A DNA stretch of 63,639 nt, counting the filler. It is 6 parts of 6 records of this genome, joined end to end, with 100 filler letters (N's around TTAATTAATTAA, not from the genome) between each part and the next. Parts side by side here need not be neighbours in the genome. Positions count along the whole stretch, not along the records: positions 46,505 to 56,268 come from DRR723986_3116; positions 56,369 to 63,639 come from DRR723986_3118; 4 more parts are not named here. One strand, 5' to 3'. A model generated the notes under the pieces. It saw nothing but the letters and a program-made list of their open reading frames with translations, was not told the origin of the DNA and searched no databases. Shown here piece after piece: positions 47,942 through 58,168 of the stretch (positions are counted from its first letter, which is position 1; every line of letters begins with the position of its first letter). The position numbers and the translations under genes are program-made.

Positions 47942-49405
47942 TTAATCCTTGCGCCGACCTGCGGTGTGTTTGCGCAGTTTCGACGGCGGTGCCTTCTTGC
48001 GGCCCTTGTACGGATTTGCGTCGTTTTGCCCGCGCATCCAAAGCCGGATCGGCGTGCCGGGCATATCAAAATCAAGCCGCAAACCATTCACAAGATAGCG
48101 GCTGTAGCTGTCCGGCACCTTGTCGGGATGGCTGCACATCACCACAAAACCCGGCGGGCGGGTCTTGGCCTGCGTCATATAGCGCAGCTTGATCCGCTTG
48201 CCCTGCGGCGCGGGCGGCGGGTGCGCCTCCATCATACCGGACAGCCAGCGGTTCAACTGCGCTGTGCTCACCCGCCGGTTCCACACGTCATAGGCCCGCA
48301 TGATCGCCTCATGCAGACGGTCCAGGCCGCGGCCCGTTTTGGCCGAAACCGTGATCAACGGCGCACCGCGCAATTGTGGGAGCAGACGTTCAAAGCTTTC
48401 TTTCAACGACTTGAGCTTGGCCTGACGGTCCTCCTCGATGTCCCATTTGTTGACCGCAATAATCACTGCGCGGCCTTCACGTTCGGCCAGATCGGCAATG
48501 CGCAAGTCCTGCTGCTCGAACGGGATTTCTGCATCCAACAGGACGACGACGACCTCGGCAAACTTGACCGCGCGCAGACCATCGCTGACGCTGAGTTTTT
48601 CCAGCTTTTCCTGCACCTTGGCCTTTTTGCGCATGCCAGCGGTGTCAAAGATCCGCATTGGCACGCCGTTCCATTCGGTGCGCAGGGAAATCGCATCTCG
48701 GGTGATGCCCGCCTCTGGGCCAGTCAACAGGCGATCCTCACCCATGATCTGGTTGATCAGGGTTGATTTGCCCGCATTTGGACGGCCCACAACCGCAACC
48801 TGCAACGGCTTGGCGTTGGTCGGCACTGGCACCGCATCGGGATCTTCGGCCTCATCCTCGGTCAGATCGACATCGGTTTCGGGGGCATCATCGCCCGCCC
48901 GTTCGGCGTATTGATCGGCCAATGGCATCAGCACCGAATAAAGATCGTTCAAACCTTCGCCATGTTCGGCGGACAGGCGGATCGGTTCCCCCAATCCCAG
49001 CGAATAGGCCTCGATCACACCGGCATCGGCGGCTTTGCCCTCGGCCTTGTTGGCGGCGAGAATCACATGGGCAGAGCGTTTGCGCAGAATCTCGGCAAAA
49101 ACCAGATCAGACGGGGTGATCCCGACCCGCGCATCAACCATGAACAAACAGATGTCGGCCATATCGACCGCGCGTTCGGTCAGGCGGCGCATCCGGCCCT
49201 GAAGGCTGTCATCGGTGACCTCTTCCAGACCGGCGGTATCCACCACAGTAAAGCGCAGATCGGCCAGACGCGCCGCGCCTTCGCGCAGATCGCGCGTGAC
49301 ACCGGGCTGGTCATCCACCAGCGCAAGACGTTTGCCGACAAGACGGTTGAACAGCGTGGATTTGCCCACATTGGGGCGGCCCACGATGGCGAGAGTAAAG
49401 GACAT
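47942..49405 (-). CDS. der: Ribosome biogenesis GTPase Der (EngA)
   Basis: Two G domains ([16 protein letters not shown] and [16 protein letters not shown]), acidic linker, KH-like tail. Confidence 0.98.
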   Translation of the reverse strand: MSFTLAIVGRPNVGKSTLFNRLVGKRLALVDDQPGVTRDLREGAARLADLRFTVVDTAGLEEVTDDSLQGRMRRLTERAVDMADICLFMVDARVGITPSDLVFAEILRKRSAHVILAANKAEGKAADAGVIEAYSLGLGEPIRLSAEHGEGLNDLYSVLMPLADQYAERAGDDAPETDVDLTEDEAEDPDAVPVPTNAKPLQVAVVGRPNAGKSTLINQIMGEDRLLTGPEAGITRDAISLRTEWNGVPMRIFDTAGMRKKAKVQEKLEKLSVSDGLRAVKFAEVVVVLLDAEIPFEQQDLRIADLAEREGRAVIIAVNKWDIEEDRQAKLKSLKESFERLLPQLRGAPLITVSAKTGRGLDRLHEAIMRAYDVWNRRVSTAQLNRWLSGMMEAHPPPAPQGKRIKLRYMTQAKTRPPGFVVMCSHPDKVPDSYSRYLVNGLRLDFDMPGTPIRLWMRGQNDANPYKGRKKAPPSKLRKHTAGRRKD

Positions 49406-49463
49406 TTTAAGGCTCCGGGCCGGATCAGGCCAAATCAAGCCTGCGCTTTAGACCATTTCGCGG

Positions 49464-50819
49464 TCAACGGAAAGCGTGCAATTGCCCCTTGCGCGAGACA
49501 AGGTACAGCGTGCCGCCCGCCACGACCGGCGCGGTGGTCGCCCCGCCGGGGATTTCGGTGGTGCCCAGAAGGCTGCCATCGCGTGGATCAAAGCTGCGCA
49601 GCACCCCGTCGCTGGAGGCCACAATCACACGCCCGCCCGCCACAACAGGGCCGTGATGGGCGTAAACCTCGGACTGCCGCTTGGGTTTGGATTTCACAAA
49701 GTTCGGCAGGGGTACGCCCCAGATGCGGCTGCCGTCATTGGCATCCAGGCGCACCAGTTCATTGAGATCGGTCAGCGCAAAGACGCTGCCGCCAATCGGC
49801 CAGACCGGGCCAATTGCGCCCTCACGGGCGGTCCATGCCGGTTGGCCGCTGCCCAGTTTAAGCGCCATCAGACGGCCAGACTGGTTGCCAGCATAAAGGG
49901 TATCGCCCGACAGCATCGGCGCGGAGGTGACGTCAGAGATCGACGACATCGCGCGGCCGGGGCGTTTGCCCACCACGGCCGTGTTCCAGCGCGGCAAACC
50001 GCCACGGCGGAACACCGCCTGCACTTCGCCCGACCCAAAAGAGAATATCGCCAATTGGTCATTCACCACAGGGGCCGGCGTGCCCAGCACGTTTTGCAGG
50101 CTTGGCGTTGCGGACACCTGCCATTGGATGCGGCCGTCGGATTTGCGCACCGCCCAGCCCGTGTCATCCCCTGCGGTCAGGTAAACCAGATCGCCATATA
50201 CCGTTGGGGTGCCCGTGCCACTGGCATCGAGGTCTTGCGACCAGCGCACCGCGCCGGATGCCGCGTCGATGGCCGACAGATAGCCATAACCCACCGATAC
50301 ATAGACCGTGTCGCCCTCAACCGCGAGGCCGCCGCCGGAGCTTTGCCCGGCTTTGTCTGACGCCGGGGTCAGATCGCGCGACCACAAGGTTGCACCCGAG
50401 GTGGATGTCGCTGTCAAAGTCGCCGATGCGTCAAGGGTGAAGACCCGCCCAGATGCGACAACAGGATTGGCCGAGATCCGCAATTTTCGGCTGTCACCTT
50501 GACCGATGTCCGCGCTCCACGCCAGTTGCGGCGCGGCGCGCAGGGCCGGATGGGATGTGCGGAATTCTGGTGTGCCGGGGCTCTGGCTCCAGCTGGCGTT
50601 GTTGCTGGCTGCGCCCAGCGCGATGGGGCGGCTTTCATTCGGACTGGTGTCACGCACCTGAAGCGGTTCGGCAAGATCGGGATCCGTCAGCACCGAACGG
50701 ACGTTTTCCCGTTCGCCGACAAGATAGGTCTCTCTCTCGGTGCAGGCGCTCAGCACCAGCGCACCGGCAAAAAGGCCGCACATTACCGGATGGACCGCAA
50801 AACGCTTTGGTTGGATCAT
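49464..50819 (-). CDS. PQQ-like beta-propeller lipoprotein (BamB-like)
   Basis: Lipobox LSAC; repeated A.D..SG...W blades; yfgM-bamB-der gene order. Confidence 0.88.
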   Translation of the reverse strand: MIQPKRFAVHPVMCGLFAGALVLSACTERETYLVGERENVRSVLTDPDLAEPLQVRDTSPNESRPIALGAASNNASWSQSPGTPEFRTSHPALRAAPQLAWSADIGQGDSRKLRISANPVVASGRVFTLDASATLTATSTSGATLWSRDLTPASDKAGQSSGGGLAVEGDTVYVSVGYGYLSAIDAASGAVRWSQDLDASGTGTPTVYGDLVYLTAGDDTGWAVRKSDGRIQWQVSATPSLQNVLGTPAPVVNDQLAIFSFGSGEVQAVFRRGGLPRWNTAVVGKRPGRAMSSISDVTSAPMLSGDTLYAGNQSGRLMALKLGSGQPAWTAREGAIGPVWPIGGSVFALTDLNELVRLDANDGSRIWGVPLPNFVKSKPKRQSEVYAHHGPVVAGGRVIVASSDGVLRSFDPRDGSLLGTTEIPGGATTAPVVAGGTLYLVSRKGQLHAFR

Positions 50820-50865
50820 CGCCCTGCTCACTTCTGTTTCGTCTTTTCGGGGCGCACCCCGTTCA

Positions 50866-51567
50866 TCAATTCTCGCCTGCGGGCGCTTCGGCCCCGTCCA
50901 ATCCGACAACGCCGTCCAGATCAGGTTCTCCGCCCAAAGCCACAATCACCTGTAGCGCACGTTGTTGCAAGTCCGAGGTCGTCTCGGCATCCGCCAGAAT
51001 GGTCTGATAACGCTCAAGCGCCGCCTCGGGTGCGCCGGTTTCAATGTCGATCAACGCCAATTGTTCCACCGCCAACAGCCGCAGCGGGTTGCCCGGCTGC
51101 GCCATGGCCTCAAACGACAGGCGGCGGTCATCCGCCGGTGTCTTGCCCGTTTGCAGGGTCAATGACTTGAATCCGGCAATCTGGCGGTAAATCTGCGGAA
51201 CCTCACCGTCGATGGCCAATGCATCAAGGGTTTCCACCGCTGCGGCCACATCGCCAGAGGTGGCTTGCTCGGCTGCGGTCATAAGGCGGAGCACCGCTGT
51301 GGCCCCCGGCGTGCCCGCGTCAATCGCCGCCAATTGGCTGGCCCGTGCGGCGCTTTCGTTTTGCTCAAGCGCGTTCAGCATCGCATCGCCCAAAGCTTCG
51401 GCCTGCGCCTTGCTCTGGGCTTTCTGGTATTCGTTCCAAGAGGCGCCGCCGACGATCAACAAGATCACAAGGACGGCGATCCAGCCATATCGGCGCAACA
51501 TTTTGTACAGCCGGTCACGGCGCACTTCTTCGTTGACCTCTTCGATGAAACTGTCGGTATCGCTCAT
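50866..51567 (-). CDS. Membrane-anchored TPR-like protein (YfgM family)
   Basis: DSFIEEVNEEVRRDRL...RRYGW plus one TM helix; upstream of the bamB-like gene. Confidence 0.85.
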   Translation of the reverse strand: MSDTDSFIEEVNEEVRRDRLYKMLRRYGWIAVLVILLIVGGASWNEYQKAQSKAQAEALGDAMLNALEQNESAARASQLAAIDAGTPGATAVLRLMTAAEQATSGDVAAAVETLDALAIDGEVPQIYRQIAGFKSLTLQTGKTPADDRRLSFEAMAQPGNPLRLLAVEQLALIDIETGAPEAALERYQTILADAETTSDLQQRALQVIVALGGEPDLDGVVGLDGAEAPAGEN

Positions 51568-51695
51568 TGCGCCTGCCCCCGGCCTTCGATTTTGACCCTC
51601 TTAGCCTGCCTACCGCATCAAGCCAAGGCCTTGCCCGCCCGGTATCTGCCTGATTTTCCGGCTTGCATTCGATTCAATATAAAAAAAATGCACAC

Positions 51696-51713
51696 CTAAA
51701 CTAGTCAGTTTAG
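51696..51713. promoter_or_regulatory. Palindromic operator upstream of the RND operon
   Basis: CTAAACT-AGTC-AGTTTAG (perfect 7-bp arms) in an AT-rich divergent spacer. Confidence 0.6.
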
Positions 51714-51786
51714 ATAACTTACCCTAAATAGTGCCCATGGCCGCTCCTGAATGGACTGGTCCATCATATTCTTGCGAGGCACACAG

Positions 51787-53034
51787 ATGCGCATTTTCTC
51801 CATTCTGGCCGCTTTGGTCGTGACCGTTCTTTTGGCAATGTCGATTCTGGCCCGCCCGCAGCTGATGGCCCTTTTGGGCATGAGCGGCGATGCCGAAGAA
51901 ACACAAACCAACACTTTGACCACCGGCGAGGCGGACGCGGAAAATGCCGCATCCCAGAACCTTGTCAAAGTTCTGGTGCGCAAAGTGATTGCAGAACAAG
52001 TCGACAGCGCGGTGATCCTGCGCGGACAAACAGCCGCCGCGCGGCAGGTCGATGTGAAATCGGAAACCTCTGCCGTCGTGACCTCTGCCCCGCTGCGCAA
52101 AGGTTCCAGTGTTGTGGAAGGTCAGGCGCTCTGTGTGCTCGACCCTGGCACGCGCGGTGCGGCACTGGATGAGGCCCGCGCCCGACTGGCCGAGGCGCAA
52201 TCGCGCGTTCCAGAATCAGAGGCCCGCGTGGCCGAAGCGCAGGCGCGGCTGGATGAGGCCAAGATCAACCAGAACGCTGCGGCCCGCCTCATTCAGGATG
52301 GCTTTGCCTCGCAAACACGGGTGGCCTCTGCGGATGCCTCGGTGGCGGCGGCCAAGGCGGCGGTCAGCTCTGCAACCTCTGGTCTGTCCTCGGCCAAGGC
52401 CAGCATCGAAGCGGCGACCGCCGCCGTGGCCAGCGCCGAAAAAGAGATTGAACGCCTGACCATTCGTGCGCCTTTTGGCGGCCTGCTGGAAAGTGACACG
52501 GCAGAACTGGGCAGCTTGCTGCAGCCCGGTGCGCTTTGCGCAACGATCATCCAGCTGGATCCGATCAAGCTGGTCGGTTTTGTCCCCGAAACCGAAGTGA
52601 ACCGCGTCAGCCTTGGCGCCCGCGCCGGTGCACAACTGGCAGCTGGCGGCAAGCAGGTCTTGGGCGAAGTGGTGTTCCTGTCCCGCTCTGCCGATCCGCA
52701 AACCCGCACCTTCCGCGTGGAAATTGACGTGCCAAACAACGATCTGGCGATCCGCGATGGGCAAACCGCCGAGATTGGTATCGCTTCTGCGGGTGTCAAA
52801 GCGCATCTTATTCCGCAGTCTGCGCTGACCCTGAATGACGATGGCACTTTGGGCGTTCGGATGATTGATGACGCCGCAGTCGTGGCCTTTGCCCCCGTCG
52901 AGATCATGCGCGACACGCCCGATGGCATCTGGGTCACCGGCCTGCCCCTTGAGGCGGATATCATCGTGGTCGGTCAGGAATATGTGACCGCAGGCGTCAC
53001 TGTTGCGCCGACCTGGGAGGAGCTGAGCCAATGA
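51787..53034 (+). CDS. RND efflux periplasmic adaptor subunit
   Basis: N-terminal anchor, lipoyl halves, long Ala-rich hairpin, IRAPFGG, ADPQTRTFRVE, IPQSAL, IIVVGQ. Confidence 0.94.
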   Translation: MRIFSILAALVVTVLLAMSILARPQLMALLGMSGDAEETQTNTLTTGEADAENAASQNLVKVLVRKVIAEQVDSAVILRGQTAAARQVDVKSETSAVVTSAPLRKGSSVVEGQALCVLDPGTRGAALDEARARLAEAQSRVPESEARVAEAQARLDEAKINQNAAARLIQDGFASQTRVASADASVAAAKAAVSSATSGLSSAKASIEAATAAVASAEKEIERLTIRAPFGGLLESDTAELGSLLQPGALCATIIQLDPIKLVGFVPETEVNRVSLGARAGAQLAAGGKQVLGEVVFLSRSADPQTRTFRVEIDVPNNDLAIRDGQTAEIGIASAGVKAHLIPQSALTLNDDGTLGVRMIDDAAVVAFAPVEIMRDTPDGIWVTGLPLEADIIVVGQEYVTAGVTVAPTWEELSQ

Positions 53035-56000
53035 CCGGTATCGTCGATTGGGCCGCTGGCCGTGCCCGGATGGTGATGGCCTTTATCCTGCTCAGCCTGG
53101 TGGTGGGCGGGTATTCCTATTCCACACTTCCCAAAGAAGGTGAGCCGGACATTGAAATCCCGGCTCTTTTTGTATCGGTTCCCTTCCCCGGCATTTCGGC
53201 CGCAGACAGTGAAACGCTGCTGGTCAAACCTATGGAGACCGAACTGGCCGATCTGGATGGCCTGAAAAAGATGTCTGGCACGGCGGCGGAAAACTACGCC
53301 GGTGTGGCGCTGGAATTTGAGTTTGGCTGGGACAAGACCAAGATCATGGCCGATGTCCGCGATGCGATGTCTACGGCAGAGGCAAATTTCCCCGATGGCG
53401 CAGAAAAATACACGATCAACGAGATCAACTTTTCCGAGTTTCCGATTATCATCGTGAATCTGACTGGCCCGGTGCCGGAACGCACGATGGCCCGCGTGGC
53501 CCGCGACCTTCAGGATGATCTTGAGGCACTCGATGCCGTGCTTGAAGCCGGTCTGGCCGGAAACCGCGACGAGATGCTGGAGGTCTTGATCGACCCGTTG
53601 CGCCTTGAGGCCTACAATGTGACAGCGGGCGAATTGATCAATGTGGTTCAGAATAACAACCAGTTGATCGCCGCCGGTGAGATTGAAAGCGATCAAGGCT
53701 CCTTTGCGGTCAAGATCCCGTCGTCCTTTGACGAGCCCCGCGATGTCTATGCCCTGCCGGTCAAGACCAATGGCGACCGGGTTGTGACGCTTGGCGATCT
53801 GGCCGAGATCAATCTGACCTTCGAGGATCGCAAGGGCACGGCCCGCTTTAACGGCGAGAAGACGCTGGCGCTTCAGGTGGTCAAACGCAAAGGCTTCAAC
53901 CTGATCGACACCGCGCAGACGGTCAAGGAAATCGTCGCCGAACGCAGCGCTGACTGGCCCGATGGCCTGCAGGCGGCGGTGACCGTTGGCACCTCGAACG
54001 ACCAGAGCCGCATCGTGGACAGCATGGTGCAACAGTTGCTTGGCTCGGTCTTTACCGCCGTGGCGCTGGTGATGATCGTGGTTCTGGCCGCACTTGGCAT
54101 CCGCGCGGCGCTGCTGGTTGGTTTTGCCATTCCGACCTCGTTCCTTTTGTGTTTCGCCTTTCTGGCGCTGATGGGGATCTCGATCTCCAACATCGTGATG
54201 TTTGGCCTGATCCTCGCAGTCGGGATGCTGGTGGATGGCGCGATTGTGGTGGTCGAATACGCCGATGCCCGCCAGCAAGAGGGCGTTGGCCCGATGCACG
54301 CCTATGTGGATGCGGCCAAGCGGATGTTCTGGCCCATCATCAGCTCCACCGCGACAACGCTTTGTGCCTTCCTGCCGATGCTGTTCTGGCCTGGTGTGCC
54401 CGGTGAATTCATGGGCATGTTGCCCGTGACCCTGATCTTCGTTCTGTCCGCCTCGCTGGTGGTGGCGCTGGTCTATCTTCCGGTGATGGGCGGTGTGACC
54501 GGGCGCTTGGAACGCTGGATGGCCAGCAACATGGAGGCGATTGCCGGTCTGCGCTGGTATTTGCATATCCTGCTGTTCCCTGTGGCACTGGCGATGATCC
54601 TGCTGCCGATGGCAGGTATGCCGCCGCTTTTTGCCGTGATCTCTGCCCGCTTTGCCGAGATGGACGCGCTGAATGTGCTTGGCTCCGTGGTGCCGACCTT
54701 TGCTGTTGTGTTCCTCTGTGTGGTCGTGCTGGCCGCGCTTTTGGCAGTGGGACTTGCGGGTGCGATGCTGGGGCTGTTGGCGTTCTTCGGCGTCTTTACC
54801 CGTCTGGGGCGCGGTGGTCGCTGGGTCACCTCGAAACTGTTCCGCAAGACCCCGGACAAGATCAACGCAGGCTACCGCCGCAACGGCTTTGGCCGGCTGA
54901 TTGCCTTTATCGCGGGCAATCCGGTGATGCCGCTGGCCATGGCGGGCATTGTGTTTGTCTTTGTCGGATCGGTTCTGATCTACTTTTCCAACAACTCCAA
55001 AGGGGTTGAGTTCTTTGTGGAATCCGAACCAGAGCAAGCCATCGTCTATGTGCTGGCCCGCGGGAACCTGAGCCTTGATGAAAAAGATGCGCTTTTGCAA
55101 AAGGCCGAAGACATCGTCTTGCAGCATCCGGGCATCCAGACGGCCTTTGCCTTTGCCGGCGAAGGGGGCCTGGACAGCAACACCGGCGGCGCGGTCACAC
55201 CCAAAGACAGCATTGGACAGGTGCAGCTTGAAACCATCCCGTGGGAGGATCGCCCGAACCGCAGCACTGTCTTGTTCACGGTGCCTTTTGTGGGCTTCGA
55301 AGTGCGGCGCGAAACGCAGGATCCGGCCTATGACGGCGATGTCATCATCGCCGAGTTGACCGAACAGCTGGAAAACATCCCCGGCATTCGGGTCGAAATT
55401 CTGGCGCAGGCCCGCGGGCCTGCCTCGGGGAAGCCGGTGCATCTGCGCCTGAAGTCGGACAGCTACACCGACCTGATCGCAGCGACGGCGCTGGCGCGGG
55501 AGCAATATGAAAAGACCCCCGGTCTGACCCTGATCGAAGACACCCGCCCCCTGCCCGGCATTGATTGGAAGATCGATGTGGATGTGGAAAAAGCGGGCCG
55601 CTACGGCGCTGATGTCGTGACTGTGGGTGCGATGGTGCAATTGGTCACGCGCGGTTTGCTGCTCGACACGATGCGGGTCGACACTTCGGACGAAGAGATC
55701 GAAATCCGCGTGCGCCTGCCCGAGAAAGACCGGGTGCTAAGCACGCTGGACACACTCAAGGTGCGCACAGCTGACGGGTTGATCCCGCTGAGCAATTTCA
55801 TCACCCGCACGCCCGTGCCAAAGCTGGCAGAGGTCAACCGCGTGGATCAGAAACGCTATCTTGATGTTAAGGCGGACGTGGCACCAGGCCTGATGAAACT
55901 GGTCAAGGCCGGCGGCACCGATCGCACCGACGCTTCGGTGACCCTCGCCACTCTGCGCCCCGCAGGCAATGACGCCGACATCACCTCGGCGGACGGCATC

Positions 56001-56268
56001 GCGTATAAGATCACCAACCGCGCAGAGGCCGCAGGCGATGCGGACTTGCAGGCCGGGCTTACCGCTGGCGATTTCCGTCTGGTTCCGATCAACCCCAATG
56101 AACGGATCGCAGAGATCACCAAATGGCTGGATACCAAACCGCTGGGCCTTGGCGTCACCTATGAATGGACCGGCGATCAGGAAGATCAGGCCGAAAGCCA
56201 AGCCTTTCTCAGCTCGGCCTTCACCGCAGCACTTGGTTTGATGTTCATCATCCTGCTGGCGCAGTTCA
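53031..56268 (+). CDS. RND efflux permease (AcrB/AcrD/AcrF family), 3' end cut by the linker
   Basis: LPKEGEPDIEIP, FPGISA, GMLVDGAIVVVE, AFLPM; ATGA overlap with the adaptor gene. Confidence 0.95.
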
Positions 56269-56368
56269 NNNNNNNNNNNNNNNNNNNNNNNNNNNNNNNN
56301 NNNNNNNNNNNNTTAATTAATTAANNNNNNNNNNNNNNNNNNNNNNNNNNNNNNNNNNNNNNNNNNNN
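56269..56368. other. Artificial contig linker
   Basis: N44-TTAATTAATTAA-N44. Confidence 0.99.
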
Positions 56369-56850
56369 CCCGCCATGAAGATGACGCCGGCTTCCTGGCA
56401 GAGCGACTGCACGGCGATCGCCACACCGGAGGACGAACCACCGGTAATCATGATAGCGCCGTCTTTTTCAATCATGCGCTTTGCGGATGCACGGGCTGCG
56501 TCGGACTTGGTCTGCGTGTCACCGGTCACGAAGGCGACCTTCTTGCCATTGACGCCGTTGCCCTTGAGTTCCTTGGACGAGAAGGTGTTCAACAGACCGC
56601 CGTCGCCTTCACCGTTCAGGTGCTTGACGGCAAGCTGATAGGCACGCAGTTCGTCTGCCCCTTCGTCGGCATATGCGCCGGTCTGCGGAACGTTGAAGCC
56701 CAGAACGACTTCAGCGCCTGTCGGTTCGTTGAGATAACCGGCAGACCATGCGCGGCTGGTGAAAATGGTCGGCGTTGCCAGTGCGGCACCGCCCAATGCG
56801 CCAGCGCGCAAAATGGAACGACGATTGAGGGGTTTACGAATTAAGCTCAT
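56369..56850 (-). CDS. Branched-chain amino acid (LivK-like) ABC substrate-binding protein with Tat signal, 5' part
   Basis: NRRSIL Tat motif; GFNVPQTGAYADEG, ITGGSSSGVAIAV; GGGAGG upstream. Confidence 0.9.
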
Positions 56851-57165
56851 ACTTTCCTCCCAGAAAGGCGTCGCGTACCCACCTCGGGCACGCCTGCAAT
56901 AGCTGTACAGCTGCAAGCAATTCCGGCTTGTTCCCCGTCCGGGACCCCGGCTCCTCCGCACCAAAACTGCAAGCTGCAACGACTGTAAAAAAATCATCTG
57001 TAAAACAGCAATACGACTATCGGATCGCTCACCCTCACCAACTCATTATACTTTCGAAGTAATCACGGCTAATCTTCGAATTTCCTCCCGATTTTTATTG
57101 CATTGCGTCATTTTGTTTCTTTTTGATTTTCAGCCACTTACTTCTGACGCATACCGCAACGCGAA

Positions 57166-57181
57166 GTTACCTTGACGTAAA
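57166..57181. promoter_or_regulatory. Putative LiuR operator upstream of the LivK-like gene
   Basis: GTTACCTTGACGTAAA resembles the LiuR-type site at 38437-38452. Confidence 0.55.
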
Positions 57182-57334
57182 GGTTCAAAAATCCGGAATT
57201 TCAAAGCGTTAGACCAAAGTGCAAGATCGTACGGAGCTTAAAGGACGTCCGCGGCGAAATTGACGGAGACGGATACGGGCGGATAAGCTGCGGCTCTCGC
57301 CTTCGTCCCCGTACACCCGCCCGGAATCATTTCA

Positions 57335-57943
57335 ATGAGCATCCTCACTTCCCTTGAGGACCTTCACGCACATTACGGTACTGCCGGAGAAGCGTCCTTG
57401 ATCAAGGAAATCGATCATCTGAGCCCTGCGTATCGCAGGATTGTCGAGGCTTCCAACTTCTGCACACTTGCAACCTGCGGACCAGAAGGGCTCGACTGCT
57501 CTCCGCGCGGCGACGACGGCATGGTTGTCAGTATACAGGATGACCAGACGCTGCTGATGCCCGACCGGCGGGGCAACAACAGGATCGACTCGCTGCGCAA
57601 TATTGTTCGCGACCCGCGTGTCTCGCTCATGTTCATGATTCCCGGCTGGAATAACGTTCTGAGGATCAACGGCAAGGCAGTACTTTCCGTCGAGCTGGAC
57701 CTTATTGCCAGCTTCGAGAAAGAAGGCCATTTGCCTCGTTCGGTGATCGTGGTCACGATCGGCTCGGTCTACTTCCAGTGCGCGCGCGCCATCATGCGTG
57801 CCGGCCTCTGGGAAACCGAGAACAGGACCGGCAAGGGCGACTTGCCGTCACCAGGTGAAATCATGAAGGAAATCAAGGCAAGTTTCGATGGTGAAACCTA
57901 TGACCGTGAATGGCCGGAGCGTGCCAAGACCTCGATGTGGTAA
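57335..57943 (+). CDS. Pyridoxamine 5'-phosphate oxidase family FMN-binding protein
   Basis: DCSPRGD, PDRRGNNRIDSLRNI, YFQCARAIMR. Confidence 0.92.
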   Translation: MSILTSLEDLHAHYGTAGEASLIKEIDHLSPAYRRIVEASNFCTLATCGPEGLDCSPRGDDGMVVSIQDDQTLLMPDRRGNNRIDSLRNIVRDPRVSLMFMIPGWNNVLRINGKAVLSVELDLIASFEKEGHLPRSVIVVTIGSVYFQCARAIMRAGLWETENRTGKGDLPSPGEIMKEIKASFDGETYDREWPERAKTSMW

Positions 57944-58168
57944 GCGGCCTCCAATTGATGCCAATGACATCGAAAGACCGATACAAAGCATTATGAGGCA
58001 AGCGATTGCCGTTGCCTTCCTTACCCGCCGAACAGAAACACCGGTTGCCATATCGCGTTCTGCGGCCTGACCGGCTTCAAGGCGCTATTTAGCCGCAGAG
58101 TGCTTGGAACCGATCCCAATCTGCGCCATATGTCGCTGACATCCTTCAAGATACCTTCCGAGGCACAA

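Noticed and set aside
52974-55640. 888-aa minus-strand ORF
   Set aside because: Antisense shadow of the RND permease.
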